A DNA stretch of 64,000 nt from an uncultured Acidimicrobiaceae bacterium (GCA_963840245.1 CAWIYI010000048.1:6574-70573), one strand, 5' to 3'; counted from the first letter of the stretch, positions 46,008 to 56,008 are shown. The notes: generated by a model not told the origin, from the letters alone. Numbers and translations are program-made.

Positions 46008-49000
46008 ATGACCCAGTTCGGCGGTTCCGGGGGCTCGTTCGGCCCCAATGCCTGGCTGGTCGACGACATGTACGACCGTTTCCTGGCCGACCCCGACTCG
46101 GTCAGCGACAGCTGGAGGGAGTTCTTCGCCGACTACCGGCCCGCCCCGGTCCCTGCCCCGCCGCCCGCGCCCCAGGCGCCGACGCCGGCGCCCCCCGCCA
46201 CGAGCGAGCGCCCGGCCGGAGCAGCCCTGCCGGTGGCCGCCGCCCCGGCTCCGGCTTCCACCGTCGCGGCGGGCACCGAGGAGGCCACCCCGCTGCGCGG
46301 TGCGGCCTCGCGGATCGTGGCCAACATGGAGGCCAGCCTGGCCGTGCCCACGGCGACGAGCGTGCGGACGGTGCCGGCCCGGCTCCTCGAGGTCAACCGC
46401 CTGATCTTGAACAACCAGCTGGCGCGGACCACGGGAGCGAAGGTCAGCTTCACCCACATCATCGGATACGCAGTGGTCCGAGCTCTGCACGATGTGCCGT
46501 CGCTGAACTCGGCCTTCGTGGCCGATGCCGACGGGAAGGGCAAGCCGGGGGTCATCCACCACAAGCACGTGGGGCTTGGCCTGGCCGTCGACCAGGAGAA
46601 GAGCGACGGGAGCCGCACCTTGCTCGTGCCGTGCATCAAGGACGCCGACACGCTCGACTTCCGCTCCTTCGTCCTCGCCTACGAGGACCTCATCCGCAAG
46701 ATCCACACCAACAAGATCGCCCCCGACGACTTCGCCGGGACGACCGTGTCCCTCACCAACCCCGGGACGCTCGGCACGGTGCAGTCCGTGCCGCGCCTGA
46801 TGCCCGGCCAGGGCGCCATCATCGGCGTCGGTGCGCTCGGCTATCCGGCCGGCTTCGAGGCGGCCGACCCGCGCGTGGTGGCCCAGCTCGGCCTGGGCAA
46901 GGTGGTCACGCTCACGTCCACCTACGACCACCGGATCATCCAGGGAGCCGAGTCGGGCCTGTTCCTGGGCCGGGTGGCCGCCCTCATCACCGGTGCCGAC
47001 GGCTTCTACGACGACCTGTTCGAGTCGATGGGGGTGCCCTACGAGCCGGTCCGCTGGCAGGTCGACAGCAACGCGGGCGCCGGCAGCGAGGAGGGCGAGC
47101 ACCAGCGCCTGGTCAAGCAGGTGCACGTGCAGACGCTCATCAACATGTACCGGGTGCGGGGTCACCTCATCGCCCATCTCGACCCGCTCGACGCCGAGCC
47201 CCCGCACATCCACCCCGAGCTCGATCCGCTGACCTACGGCCTCACCATCTGGGACCTGCCCCGCCAGTTCGTCGCCGACGGCCTGGCCGGGCGAGACGTC
47301 GCCACGCTCGACGAGATCCTCCACGTGTTGCGCGACGCCTACTGCCGGACGCTCGGCATCGAGTACATGCACATTCAGGATCCCGAGCAGAAGCGCTGGA
47401 TCCAGCAGCATGTCGAAGGCCAGCCGACCACCCTCAATCTCGACGAACAGCGGCACATCCTGGGCCGGCTCAACGCGGCCGAGGTGTTCGAGCGCTTCCT
47501 GCACACCCGCTACGTCGGGCAGAAGCGCTTCGGCCTCGAAGGCGCGGAGTCGACCATCGTCCTGCTCGACGCGCTGCTCGACGCCGCCGCCGGCTCGGGG
47601 GTGGCCGAGGTCGTGATGGGCATGGCCCACCGCGGCCGTCTCAACGTGTTGGCCAACATCGTGGGCAAGTCCTACCGGGAGATCTTCGAGGAGTTCGAGG
47701 GCAACCTCGACCCCGAGTCGGTGCAGGGATCCGGTGACGTGAAGTACCACAAGGGCGCCCGGGGGGTGTTCCACGGCAGCGCCGGGGAGGAGCTCCCGAT
47801 CACCCTGGCCTCCAACCCCTCCCACCTCGAAGCGGTGGACCCCGTCGTCGAGGGCATGACCCGGGCCAAGCAGGACCGGATCTCGCGTCCCACCGATGGG
47901 ACGCCCGCGGCCGCGGCCGAGGTTGCCGCCGGGTTCCCGTGCATGTCGGTCCTCGTCCACGGCGACGCCGCGTTCGCCGGGCAGGGCGTCGTCGCCGAGA
48001 CGCTGAACCTCTCCGGTCTCTCGGGCTACCGCACGGGCGGCACCGTGCACGTGGTCATCAACAACCAGCTCGGGTTCACCACGGCGCCCGCCTCGGCCCG
48101 CACCTCCGTGTACCCGACCGACGTGGCCAAGATGGTGCAGGCCCCGATCTTCCACGTGAACGGCGACGACCCCGAGGCCTGTGTGCGGGCGGCGAGGCTG
48201 GCCTTCGTCTTCCGCCAGACCTTCCACAAGGACGTCGTCATCGACCTCGTCTGCTACCGCAAGCACGGGCACAACGAGGGGGACGACCCCAGCTACACCC
48301 AGCCGCTCATGTACCAGCGGATCGAGGCCAAGCGCTCGGTGCGCAAGCTCTACACCGAGGCGCTGGTGCGCCGGGGCGACATCACCCTGGAAGAGGCCGA
48401 GTCCGCACTCGACGACTTCAACGCGAGCCTCCAGGTCGTCCTCGACGAGGTGCGGGGCGAGCCCTCGCTGGCCCCGACCCAGCTGCCGGTGCCCGACCCG
48501 GGACTGGGCGACGTGCCGTCCGCCGAGACCGGCGTGTCCCCGGAGGTGTTGCGGGCCCTTTCCTCCATCGTGCGCTCGGTGCCCGACGGCTTCATGATCC
48601 ACCCGAAGCTGGAGCGCCAGTTCGTCCAGCGCGACGAGCTCGTCGCCAGCGGGCAGGTCGACTGGGCGCTGGCGGAGGCCCTCGCCATCGGCTCGCTCAT
48701 GTACGAGGGCGTCAATGTCCGCCTCACCGGCCAGGACACCCGTCGCGGGACCTTCAGCCACCGCCACTCGGTCCTGGTCGACTACTCCAACGGCGAGGAG
48801 TACGTGCCATTGGCCCACATCCGCGACGGCCTGCACCGGATCGGCGCGGACACGCTGGAGCCGGCGGGCGAGATGGGCAACTTCACCGTGCGTGACTCCC
48901 TGCTCTCCGAGTACGCCGCCGTCGGCTTCGAGTACGGGTACTCGGTGGAGGCACCGGAGGCGCTCGTGGCCTGGGAGGCGCAGTTCGGCGACTTCGCCAA

Positions 49001-49734
49001 CGGCGCCCAGATCATCATCGACAACTTCCTGGTCGCGGCGGAGAACAAATGGGGGCAGTTCGCGGGTCTCGTCCTGCTCCTGCCGCACGGGTACGAGGGG
49101 CAGGGGCCCGAGCACTCGTCGGCGCGCTACGAGCGCTTCTTGTCCCTGTCGGCGCGCGGGAACCTTCGCGTCACCGTCCCCTCCACGTCCGCGCAGTACT
49201 TCCATCTGCTGCGCTCACAGGCGCGGATCGACCCGAAGCGCCCGCTCATCGTGGTGACCCCCAAGTCCATGTTGCGGGCCCGTGCGTCGCGTTCGACCTT
49301 TGCCGAGCTCGAGTCGGGCTCGTTCCAGCACGTGATCGACGACTCGTCGATCGAGGATCCCGACGACGGTCCGCCGCATCGTGCTGTGCAGCGGGAAGAT
49401 CGCCCACGAGGCGCTGCAGCACCGGGCCGGGCTCGAGCCCGCTGACGCCTCCGCGGTCGCCGTGGTGCGAGTCGAGCAGCTCTATCCCTGGCCCGTCTCA
49501 CTCCTGACCGCCGCCTTCGACAAGTACAGGGAGGCATCCGAGGTGGTGTGGTTGCAAGAGGAGCCCGAGAACATGGGAGCCTGGTCCTTCGTGCATGCCC
49601 GTCTCCATGCCTGTATGCCCGGGCGCCTCCGGCTCCGTCACGTGAGCCGGCCCGAGTCGGCCAGCCCCGCGATCGGCAGCGCCGCCCTCCACCAATTGGA
49701 GCAGGCTGATCTCTTGCGGCGTGCCATTGGCTGA
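46008..49734 (+). pseudogene. sucA: 2-oxoglutarate dehydrogenase E1 / Kgd-OdhA type multifunctional enzyme, frameshifted near 49368
   Basis: Kgd-like N-terminus (FGPNAWLVDDMYDRF), an E2-like acyltransferase segment (DHRIIQGAESG), and E1 TPP motifs. The C-terminal about 120 aa (RRIVLCSGKIAHEAL...VRVEQLYPWP...WLQEEPENMGAW...) is in the +1 frame (ORF 49381-49734). Junction: GACGAC-G-GTCCGC. Confidence 0.9.
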
Positions 49735-51199
49735 ATCGCACCACGTCGTGGTGGACGGGTCGAACCTCGCCACCGAAGGACGAACGTTCCCCAGCCTCGG
49801 GCAGCTCGACGAGGCCGTGCGCGCGTACGCCGCCGAAGACCCTGCCGCCAGCATCATCGTGGTCGTCGACGCGACCTTCGAGCACCGTGTGGCCGAACCC
49901 GAACGAGAAGAGGTGCGCCAGGCGATGCTCAACGGCGAGGTGATCTCGCCGCCGGCGGGTGCCATCGGCCGCGGGGATGCCTTCGTGTTGCGCATCGCGG
50001 AGCGGACCGGGGCCACCGTCCTCTCCAACGACTCCTTCCAGGAATTCCACGGGGAACACCCCTGGCTGTTCGACGACGGTCGTCTGATCGGCGGCAAACC
50101 CGTGCCCGGCGTGGGGTGGATCTTCACCCCGCGGCTGCCCATCCGCGGACCCAAGAGCCGGGCGGCGACGGCCGAGGCGAGAGCGAAGAAGGACCCCGAG
50201 TCCGCGCCCGCGAAGGCGGCGGAGCTGGCCAAGGCGGCCAAGCAGGCGGCGAACAAGACGTCCAAGGCCCAGCGCACCAGGAAGAAGGCGACACCGGTCG
50301 ACTCCTCGTGGCCTCTCACGCCCACCGCTCCACCCCCGGGTCGGGCCAAGGTCAATCCGGAGTTCTCGAGCGCGATCGACGAAGCGGTCGAGGAAGCGCT
50401 GCATCCGCCACAACCCCAGAGGTCGCGGGGTGCCGCCAAGAAGCACGCTGCAGCCAAGAAGGCTGCGCCGCCGAGGAGCGCAAAGGCCAAGAAGGACACG
50501 ACGTCGCGCAAAGCGGCCATCGGTCCGGGTGGACACCACAGGGCGGAGAGTGCGGCGGGACAGGGCCCGGACCAGTCCCAGAAGAAACGGTCGGCGCCGC
50601 CCCCCGCGGTCAACGAGCCACTGACTTTCATCAACTTCGTCGCCGCGTTCACGGTCGGGAGCACCATTGAAGGCGAGGTCGTGTCGTTCACCTCCCACGG
50701 CGCCATGGTCGACGTCCCGCTGCCGGGCGGCGGAGCACTGCACTGCTACATCCCGCTGACCGCCATGGGTTCGCCGCCCCCCACCAAGGCACGCCAAGTC
50801 CTGAAGAAGGGCGAGGTCCGGCCGTTCGTGCTGGCCGGGCTGGACCCGCCCCGCCGGGTGGCCGAGCTGGCGTTGCCGCCGAGTGGAGCCGTCGCCCCGA
50901 CGCGCACCCCCGCCAAGAAGGCGGTCGCCGCCAAGCGGGCGAGGACGGCCCAGGCTGCCCCCTCGACCAAGAAGGCTGCGGCGAAGAAGGCGGCGTCGCC
51001 GGCGAAGAAGGCGACCAAGAAGGCGGTGGCCTCGGCGAAGAAGGCCCCCAAGAAGGCCGCCGTGAAGAAGGCCACTGCGAAGAAGGCCGCCAAGGCAAGG
51101 CAGTCCCCGGCCAAGCAGTCCCCGGCCAAGAAGTCCCCGGCCAAGAAGTCCACGGCCAAGAAGTCCACGGCCAAGAAGGCGACCAGGGCGCAGCCATGA
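49721..51199 (+). CDS. Zc3h12a/Regnase-like NYN (PIN-type) ribonuclease domain + S1-like OB domain + Lys/Ala-rich histone-like tail
   Basis: N-terminal VVVDGSNLA ... GDAFVLRIAERTGATVLSNDSFQEF matches the Regnase NYN pattern (VVIDGSNVA ... DDRFIV...VSNDTYRD). Residues about 330-400 look S1-like (GSTIEGEVVSFTSHGAMVDV...KKGEVRPFVLAGLD). The C-terminal 100 aa are AKK/SPAKK repeats. Confidence 0.7.
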   Translation: MPLAESHHVVVDGSNLATEGRTFPSLGQLDEAVRAYAAEDPAASIIVVVDATFEHRVAEPEREEVRQAMLNGEVISPPAGAIGRGDAFVLRIAERTGATVLSNDSFQEFHGEHPWLFDDGRLIGGKPVPGVGWIFTPRLPIRGPKSRAATAEARAKKDPESAPAKAAELAKAAKQAANKTSKAQRTRKKATPVDSSWPLTPTAPPPGRAKVNPEFSSAIDEAVEEALHPPQPQRSRGAAKKHAAAKKAAPPRSAKAKKDTTSRKAAIGPGGHHRAESAAGQGPDQSQKKRSAPPPAVNEPLTFINFVAAFTVGSTIEGEVVSFTSHGAMVDVPLPGGGALHCYIPLTAMGSPPPTKARQVLKKGEVRPFVLAGLDPPRRVAELALPPSGAVAPTRTPAKKAVAAKRARTAQAAPSTKKAAAKKAASPAKKATKKAVASAKKAPKKAAVKKATAKKAAKARQSPAKQSPAKKSPAKKSTAKKSTAKKATRAQP

Positions 51200-51215
51200 G
51201 GGACGAGAAGCTCCG

Positions 51216-51653
51216 ATGACAGTGCTGCCGCGACCGGCCGACGTCCTGCCACACAGGCCGCCCTTCCTCTTCGTGACCGAGGTGACGCAGATCGATCCGG
51301 GCGTCTCCGCGCGGGGCACGTGGGAGCTGACCGGGGACGAGGCGTTCTTCGGAGGCCACTTCCCCGGCCGCCCGACGCTCCCCGGCGTGCTGATGGTCGA
51401 ATCGATGGCCCAGCTCGGCGGCATCGCGGTGCTGCTCGATCCCCGCTACGCGGGCAAGCTGCCCCTCTTCGGGGGGATCGAGCGGGCACGCTTCCGCCGC
51501 CAGGTCGTGCCGGGCGAGACGCTCGAGCTCGAGGTGACAATGGATCGGCTCTCCGCCCGGGCCGGCAAGGGCCACGGGCGGGCGTCGGTCGGGGGGCAGA
51601 CCGCCTGCGAAGCCGACCTTCTTTTCGTGATCGTCGACGGCGGTGCCAACTGA
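51216..51653 (+). CDS. fabZ: 3-hydroxyacyl-ACP dehydratase FabZ
   Basis: Motifs LPHRPPFLFV and FFGGHFPGRPTLPGVLMVESMAQLGG. Confidence 0.85.
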   Translation: MTVLPRPADVLPHRPPFLFVTEVTQIDPGVSARGTWELTGDEAFFGGHFPGRPTLPGVLMVESMAQLGGIAVLLDPRYAGKLPLFGGIERARFRRQVVPGETLELEVTMDRLSARAGKGHGRASVGGQTACEADLLFVIVDGGAN

Positions 51654-52423
51654 TGCGCCTGGCCACCTGGAACGTCAACTCGCTGACTGCCCGTCTACCG
51701 AGGGTCACCGAATGGATCGAGGCCAACCAGCCCGACGTGCTCTGCATGCAGGAGACCAAGCAGGCGGACGACAAATTCCCGGAGAAGACGTTCGCTGAGC
51801 TCGGCTATGAGTCAGCCCACAACGGCGACGGGCGCTGGAACGGTGTGGCCATCGTCAGCAAGGTCGGGCTGGAGGGCGTCACGCGCGGGTTCGGCACGTC
51901 GGATGACGAACACGGACGACGGATCGTGTCGGCGGAGTGTGCGGGGACGCGCGTCTTCTCGGTCTACGTCCCCAACGGCCGGGCGCTCGACAACGAGTTC
52001 TACGAGGTCAAGCTGGCCTGGCTGGCCCGCCTGCGCGCGACACTCGACCAGACCTGCCCCCCGGGGTCCTCTGTCGCCGTGTGCGGTGATTTCAACGTTG
52101 CTCCCGACGACGGCGACGTGTGGGATCCCGCCGCCTTCGTGGGCGCGACGCATGTGAGCGAGCCTGAACGCGCCGCGCTCCGCGCCGTGGAGGGTTGGGG
52201 TCTCGACGACGTGTTCCGCCGTTTCAACGATCCCGGCACCTTCACCTGGTGGGACTACCGGGCCGGGGACTTCCACGAGGGACGTGGGCTGCGCATCGAC
52301 CTCATTCTCGTGAGCGACGACCTCGTGCAGAGGGCGACCGGATCCTTCCGGGATCGGGACGCCCGGAAGGGGCAGAAACCGTCCGACCACGCGCCCGTCG
52401 TGGTGGATTTCACCGACTCCTGA
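51653..52423 (+). CDS. xthA: Exodeoxyribonuclease III
   Basis: ATG 51653 overlaps the fabZ stop (TGATG). Motifs MRLATWNVNS, DVLCMQETK, GDFNVAPDD and SDHAPV. Confidence 0.9.
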   Translation: MRLATWNVNSLTARLPRVTEWIEANQPDVLCMQETKQADDKFPEKTFAELGYESAHNGDGRWNGVAIVSKVGLEGVTRGFGTSDDEHGRRIVSAECAGTRVFSVYVPNGRALDNEFYEVKLAWLARLRATLDQTCPPGSSVAVCGDFNVAPDDGDVWDPAAFVGATHVSEPERAALRAVEGWGLDDVFRRFNDPGTFTWWDYRAGDFHEGRGLRIDLILVSDDLVQRATGSFRDRDARKGQKPSDHAPVVVDFTDS

Positions 52424-52458
52424 GGGCAGCGCCGCCGGGGCACGGATCTCCGAAGGTG

Positions 52459-52566
52459 CTTGGCCGTCGCCAAGAGCAGCCGTCGCTGCTCGGTCAAGCA
52501 CCTACCTCCGGGCCCACCTCGTTCGCTTGACCGTCGCCAAGAGCAGCCGTCGCTGCTCGGTCAAGC
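52459..52566. repeat. Two copies (41 nt, one mismatch, 67-nt period) of a bipartite hairpin element, CTTG(G/A)CCG-TCGCCAA-GAGCAGC-CGTC-GCTGCTC-GGTCAAG
   Basis: Copies at 52459-52499 and 52526-52566, read directly. Each folds as an outer 7-bp stem plus an inner 7-bp stem. The single mismatch keeps G-U pairing. Confidence 0.75.
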
Positions 52567-52608
52567 TTTGGGAGGTATCGGTCCGAGATGCCGCGTTCTG
52601 AACAACTT

Positions 52609-52968
52609 CTACCGGAGGTCGAGCAGCAGATCCCGGAGAGGGACGCCGTCGCAGGTGGACGGTATCTTTTCCAAGTCCTCTTTGGTCAGCGCCTGTTGCA
52701 CATCGGACCAGGTCCGGGCGCCATCCCGCAGGTAGCCCATGAGGATCTTCCAGACGGCCAGGCGCTTGCCCATGCGCTCGACCTCGAACTCGAGAGACCC
52801 GTCTCGCGGCATCTGCCCGATCTGCATCTGCACCTCCCTGTCGAGACCGTTCCGGGCAGCTCTGTCGAGCACGCCTTCTCCGAATTCGCATGGTGACAGG
52901 CCTGTAACAGGGGTTATAGAGCCGTTGGTACCTATTCGGGGGCGCTGGGCACGTTTGTTGTCTGCCAT
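52609..52968 (-). CDS. Hypothetical protein (119 aa) with atypical codon usage
   Basis: ATG 52968. Balanced amino-acid composition. Uses A/T-ending codons that are rare elsewhere here (AAA, ATA, ACA, TCA, GAA), and local GC is visibly lower. No family recognised. Confidence 0.45.
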   Translation of the reverse strand: MADNKRAQRPRIGTNGSITPVTGLSPCEFGEGVLDRAARNGLDREVQMQIGQMPRDGSLEFEVERMGKRLAVWKILMGYLRDGARTWSDVQQALTKEDLEKIPSTCDGVPLRDLLLDLR

Positions 52969-53013
52969 TGCGCCCCTCGCCCACCGCTCGACGGCGCCAC
53001 CGGCACGATCGCC

Positions 53014-54561
53014 CTAGAGGACCACCTCGACGAGGGTCGGGCCCGCCTCGACGAAGCCCGCCTCGAGCGCCGTCACCAGGTCCTCGGCATTCTCGACCCG
53101 CCTGGCGGGAACTCCCATGCCGCGGGCGAGGTCGCAGAAGTCGAGCTCGGGATCCGTGAGGTCGAGCAGCCGCCGGGCCAGCGGCCCGCCGGCATGGGCG
53201 CCCACGCGGTGCAGCTCCATGTTCAAGATGGCGTAGCTCCGGTTGGCCAGGACGACGGTCGTCACGTTCAAGCCCTCGCGGGCCTGGGTCCACAGGGCCT
53301 GGAGCGTGTACATGGCGCTGCCGTCCGCTTGCAGGCACAGGACGGGTCGTTCGGGTGCCGCCACCGCCGCCCCGGTGGCCATCGGCAGGCCGATACCGAT
53401 GGCGCCACCGGTGAGGGTCAGCCAGTCGTGTCGGGGCGCTCCGGCGGTCGCGGCCGCCACGTTGAGGCCCGAGGTGTTGCCCTCGTCGACGACGATGGTG
53501 CCCTCGGGCAGCGTGGCGCCCACCGCGGCGGCCAGCGTCTCGGTCGTGACGGCACCCGTTGGACGGTCAGGTCGGCTCGACGCCGCGGGCGCTCCGGAAT
53601 CTGCCGGTGCACCCACTGCCTCGGCAAGGGCTGCGAGGGCGGCCGCGGCATCCTCTCCCGGACGGGACAGCGTGTGCACGATGCAGCCGGCGGCGACCAG
53701 ATCGCTCGCTTTGTCGGGGTAGGCGAAGAAGGACACCGGCGACTTGGCGTCGACGAGGACGAGATGCCTGACTCCGTCGAGTTGGGCCTGGGCCATCTCG
53801 GCCAGATAGGCCAGACGGTCCACCGCCGGGATGCCCGCCCCACGCTCGAGGTTGGCGGGGAACGTCTCGCCGAGGAGCGCGGCGCCCGTCGTCGTGGCGA
53901 CCCGGCTCGCCGCGTGCAGGCCGTCGGCCCGCAATGCGCTCCCGCCGAGGAGGAGCGCGGCGCGCTCGCCTCCCCGGAGGGCCTTGGCCACCTCCTCGAT
54001 CGTGTCAGCCGGCACCAGCGTCGCCCGGCTCCGTGGCCGGGGCGGGTGGGTGCCGGTGGTCGACTCCGACCAGGACGCGTCCGCCGGCAGGACCAGGGTG
54101 GCCACGCAACCGGGTGGCCCCAGTGCGGCCGCCACCGCGTCGGCGGCGTCGGCCGCCACGTCGTCGGCCCGCGCCGTGGAGCGGTACCACCCCGAGACGG
54201 GACGTGCGATGGACGCGATGTCCGACTGGAGGGGCGCGTCGTAACGGGCGTGGTAGGTCGCGTGGTCGCCCACGATGTTGACGAGCGGCGTGCGGGCCCG
54301 GCGTGCGTTGTGCAGGTTGGCCAGCCCGTTGCCGAGGCCCGGCCCGAGATGCAGCAGGGTGGCGGCCGGCCGGCCGGCGACGCGCCCGTAGCCGTCGGCG
54401 GCGCCGGTGACGACGCCCTCGAAGAGGCAGAGGACGCCGCGCATGGCCGGCACATCGTCCAGCGCGGCGACGAAATGCATCTCGGAGGTCCCCGGGTTGG
54501 CGAAGCAGACGTCGACGCCCGCATCGACCAGCGTCGAAAGGAGGGCACGGGCGCCGTTCAC
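53014..54561 (-). CDS. Thiamine-pyrophosphate enzyme of the acetolactate synthase / benzoylformate decarboxylase family
   Basis: GTG 54561 overlaps the upstream stop (GTGA). N-terminal TPP-pyrimidine domain (GVDVCFANPGTSEMHF, GAADGYGR). C-terminal TPP-binding motif (LQADGSAMYTLQALWT...VVLANRSY). Confidence 0.85.
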   Translation of the reverse strand: MNGARALLSTLVDAGVDVCFANPGTSEMHFVAALDDVPAMRGVLCLFEGVVTGAADGYGRVAGRPAATLLHLGPGLGNGLANLHNARRARTPLVNIVGDHATYHARYDAPLQSDIASIARPVSGWYRSTARADDVAADAADAVAAALGPPGCVATLVLPADASWSESTTGTHPPRPRSRATLVPADTIEEVAKALRGGERAALLLGGSALRADGLHAASRVATTTGAALLGETFPANLERGAGIPAVDRLAYLAEMAQAQLDGVRHLVLVDAKSPVSFFAYPDKASDLVAAGCIVHTLSRPGEDAAAALAALAEAVGAPADSGAPAASSRPDRPTGAVTTETLAAAVGATLPEGTIVVDEGNTSGLNVAAATAGAPRHDWLTLTGGAIGIGLPMATGAAVAAPERPVLCLQADGSAMYTLQALWTQAREGLNVTTVVLANRSYAILNMELHRVGAHAGGPLARRLLDLTDPELDFCDLARGMGVPARRVENAEDLVTALEAGFVEAGPTLVEVVL

Positions 54562-55955
54562 GAGCGTGCTCTTTCCCGCGTCACGCCGAGCAGCCGGTCC
54601 GGCCCGAGGATGCCTCCGGGGTCGAAGGCCCGCTTGATGGAGCGCATGAGCTCGAGCGACACCGGATCTTGCATCTCGAGGAAGTAGGGCAGCTTCGCCG
54701 TTCCGATGCCGTGCTCGCCGGAGATCGCACCCCCGACGGCGAGCGCCAGTTCGAAGCTGGCGTGCATGAGGGCGTGCCGCCGCTCGTCGTCGGGCTGGAA
54801 GACCGTGATGTGGACGTTGCCGTCGCCGATGTGGCCGCAACCCGTGATGAGGGCGCCGTGTTCCTGGGCCAGCTCGGCCACCCGGGCCAGGTAGTCGGGG
54901 ATGGTCGCCCGCGGGATCACCGCGTCGATGAGGTCGTCACACCCGGCCGCCTTGCCGACGAAGAACGCCCGCTCCCGGGCTGCGATCAACTGCGCCCCCG
55001 AGGTCGGCGGGAGCACGTACACGTCGAGCGACCCCAGCTCCTCGAGCAGCGTGGCCAGGCGTTCGACATCCTCCTCGACCCGGGTGCCGTCCATTCCTTC
55101 GAGGACGACCACGAGATACGCGAGGGTGCGCGCCTTGATGTCCTCGGGCACGCCGAGGTCCAGGCCGGCCGCCTTGGTGATGCCGCCCATCACCAGGACG
55201 TCGACGTACTCGAGGATGGAGGGGTTGATGCCGCTGTGCACGATGTGCGGCACGGCCTTGGCCACTTGCGTGAGGGTCGCAAAGGGTGCCAGGACGGTCG
55301 ACGACGCGGTGAACCGGGGCTGGAGCTTCACGGTCACCTCCGTCGTGATGGCCAGAGTTCCCTCGGAGCCGATGAGCAGCTGGGTGAGGTCGTAGCCGCT
55401 CGAGCACTTGACGAACTTCCCGCCGGTCCGGAGCACGGTGCCGTCGGCCAGCACGACCTCGAGCCCGAGCACGTGCTGACGGGTGACCCCGTAGCGGACG
55501 GCGCGCATGCCACCGGCGTTGGTGGCCACGTTGCCACCGAGCGAGCCGCTCTGCTCTCCCGGCGACACGGGATAGATGAGGCCCAGGGGAGCCAGCTCGC
55601 CGTTGAGCTGCTCGAGCGTCACACCAGGTTCCACCACGGCCACCTGGTTCTCGGTGTCGATCTCGCGGATCTGCTTCATGCGGTCGAAGGCCAGGAGGAT
55701 GCCGTCGGCGACGGGCACGGCCGCGCCCGAGAGCCCAGTGCCGCTGCCCCGGGCCACCACCGGCACGCCGTGCTCGCCGGCCAGCTTCAGGACTTCGGAC
55801 ACCTCGCCCGTCGAGCCCGGCATGACGAGGGCCAGCGGCACGACGGGCACCGTCGTGAGCGCCTCGTCGTGGGTGTAGTCGGTGTGGATGGCCTCGCCCG
55901 CGAGGACATGGCTCTCGCCGACGGCCTTGCGCAGCTGTTCCAGGAATTCCGACAT
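54558..55955 (-). CDS. FAD-linked oxidase (GlcD / D-lactate dehydrogenase family)
   Basis: ATG 55955 with AGGTGGGGG upstream. FAD-binding PCMH motifs (VVARGSGTGLSGAAVP, GNVATNAGG) and C-terminal SGEHGIG. Confidence 0.85.
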   Translation of the reverse strand: MSEFLEQLRKAVGESHVLAGEAIHTDYTHDEALTTVPVVPLALVMPGSTGEVSEVLKLAGEHGVPVVARGSGTGLSGAAVPVADGILLAFDRMKQIREIDTENQVAVVEPGVTLEQLNGELAPLGLIYPVSPGEQSGSLGGNVATNAGGMRAVRYGVTRQHVLGLEVVLADGTVLRTGGKFVKCSSGYDLTQLLIGSEGTLAITTEVTVKLQPRFTASSTVLAPFATLTQVAKAVPHIVHSGINPSILEYVDVLVMGGITKAAGLDLGVPEDIKARTLAYLVVVLEGMDGTRVEEDVERLATLLEELGSLDVYVLPPTSGAQLIAARERAFFVGKAAGCDDLIDAVIPRATIPDYLARVAELAQEHGALITGCGHIGDGNVHITVFQPDDERRHALMHASFELALAVGGAISGEHGIGTAKLPYFLEMQDPVSLELMRSIKRAFDPGGILGPDRLLGVTRERARS

Positions 55956-56008
55956 GCGACGCGCCACCCCCACCTCGGATCGATCGGGTGGCCCGACCTT
56001 ACCGGGCC

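Noticed and set aside
44952-49205. A 1417-aa ORF on the minus strand opposite kgd/sucA. Similar long ORFs occur at 65-1225(-), 4491-6887(+), 4540-6396(-), 12533-14491(+), 49127-51424(-), 35172-36716(-) and elsewhere.
   Set aside because: Their translations are dominated by Arg/Gly/Pro/Ala/His runs, and they lie antisense or out of frame to genes with clear family motifs. These are typical stop-codon-poor shadow ORFs of a 70% GC genome, not genes.
52460-52735. ORF-track peptides containing the duplicated sequence RRQEQPSLLGQA (52195-52530 and 52460-52735, both plus strand).
   Set aside because: The duplication is simply the translation of the two non-coding hairpin repeats. The ORFs have no start context and overlap xthA or the orphan gene out of frame.
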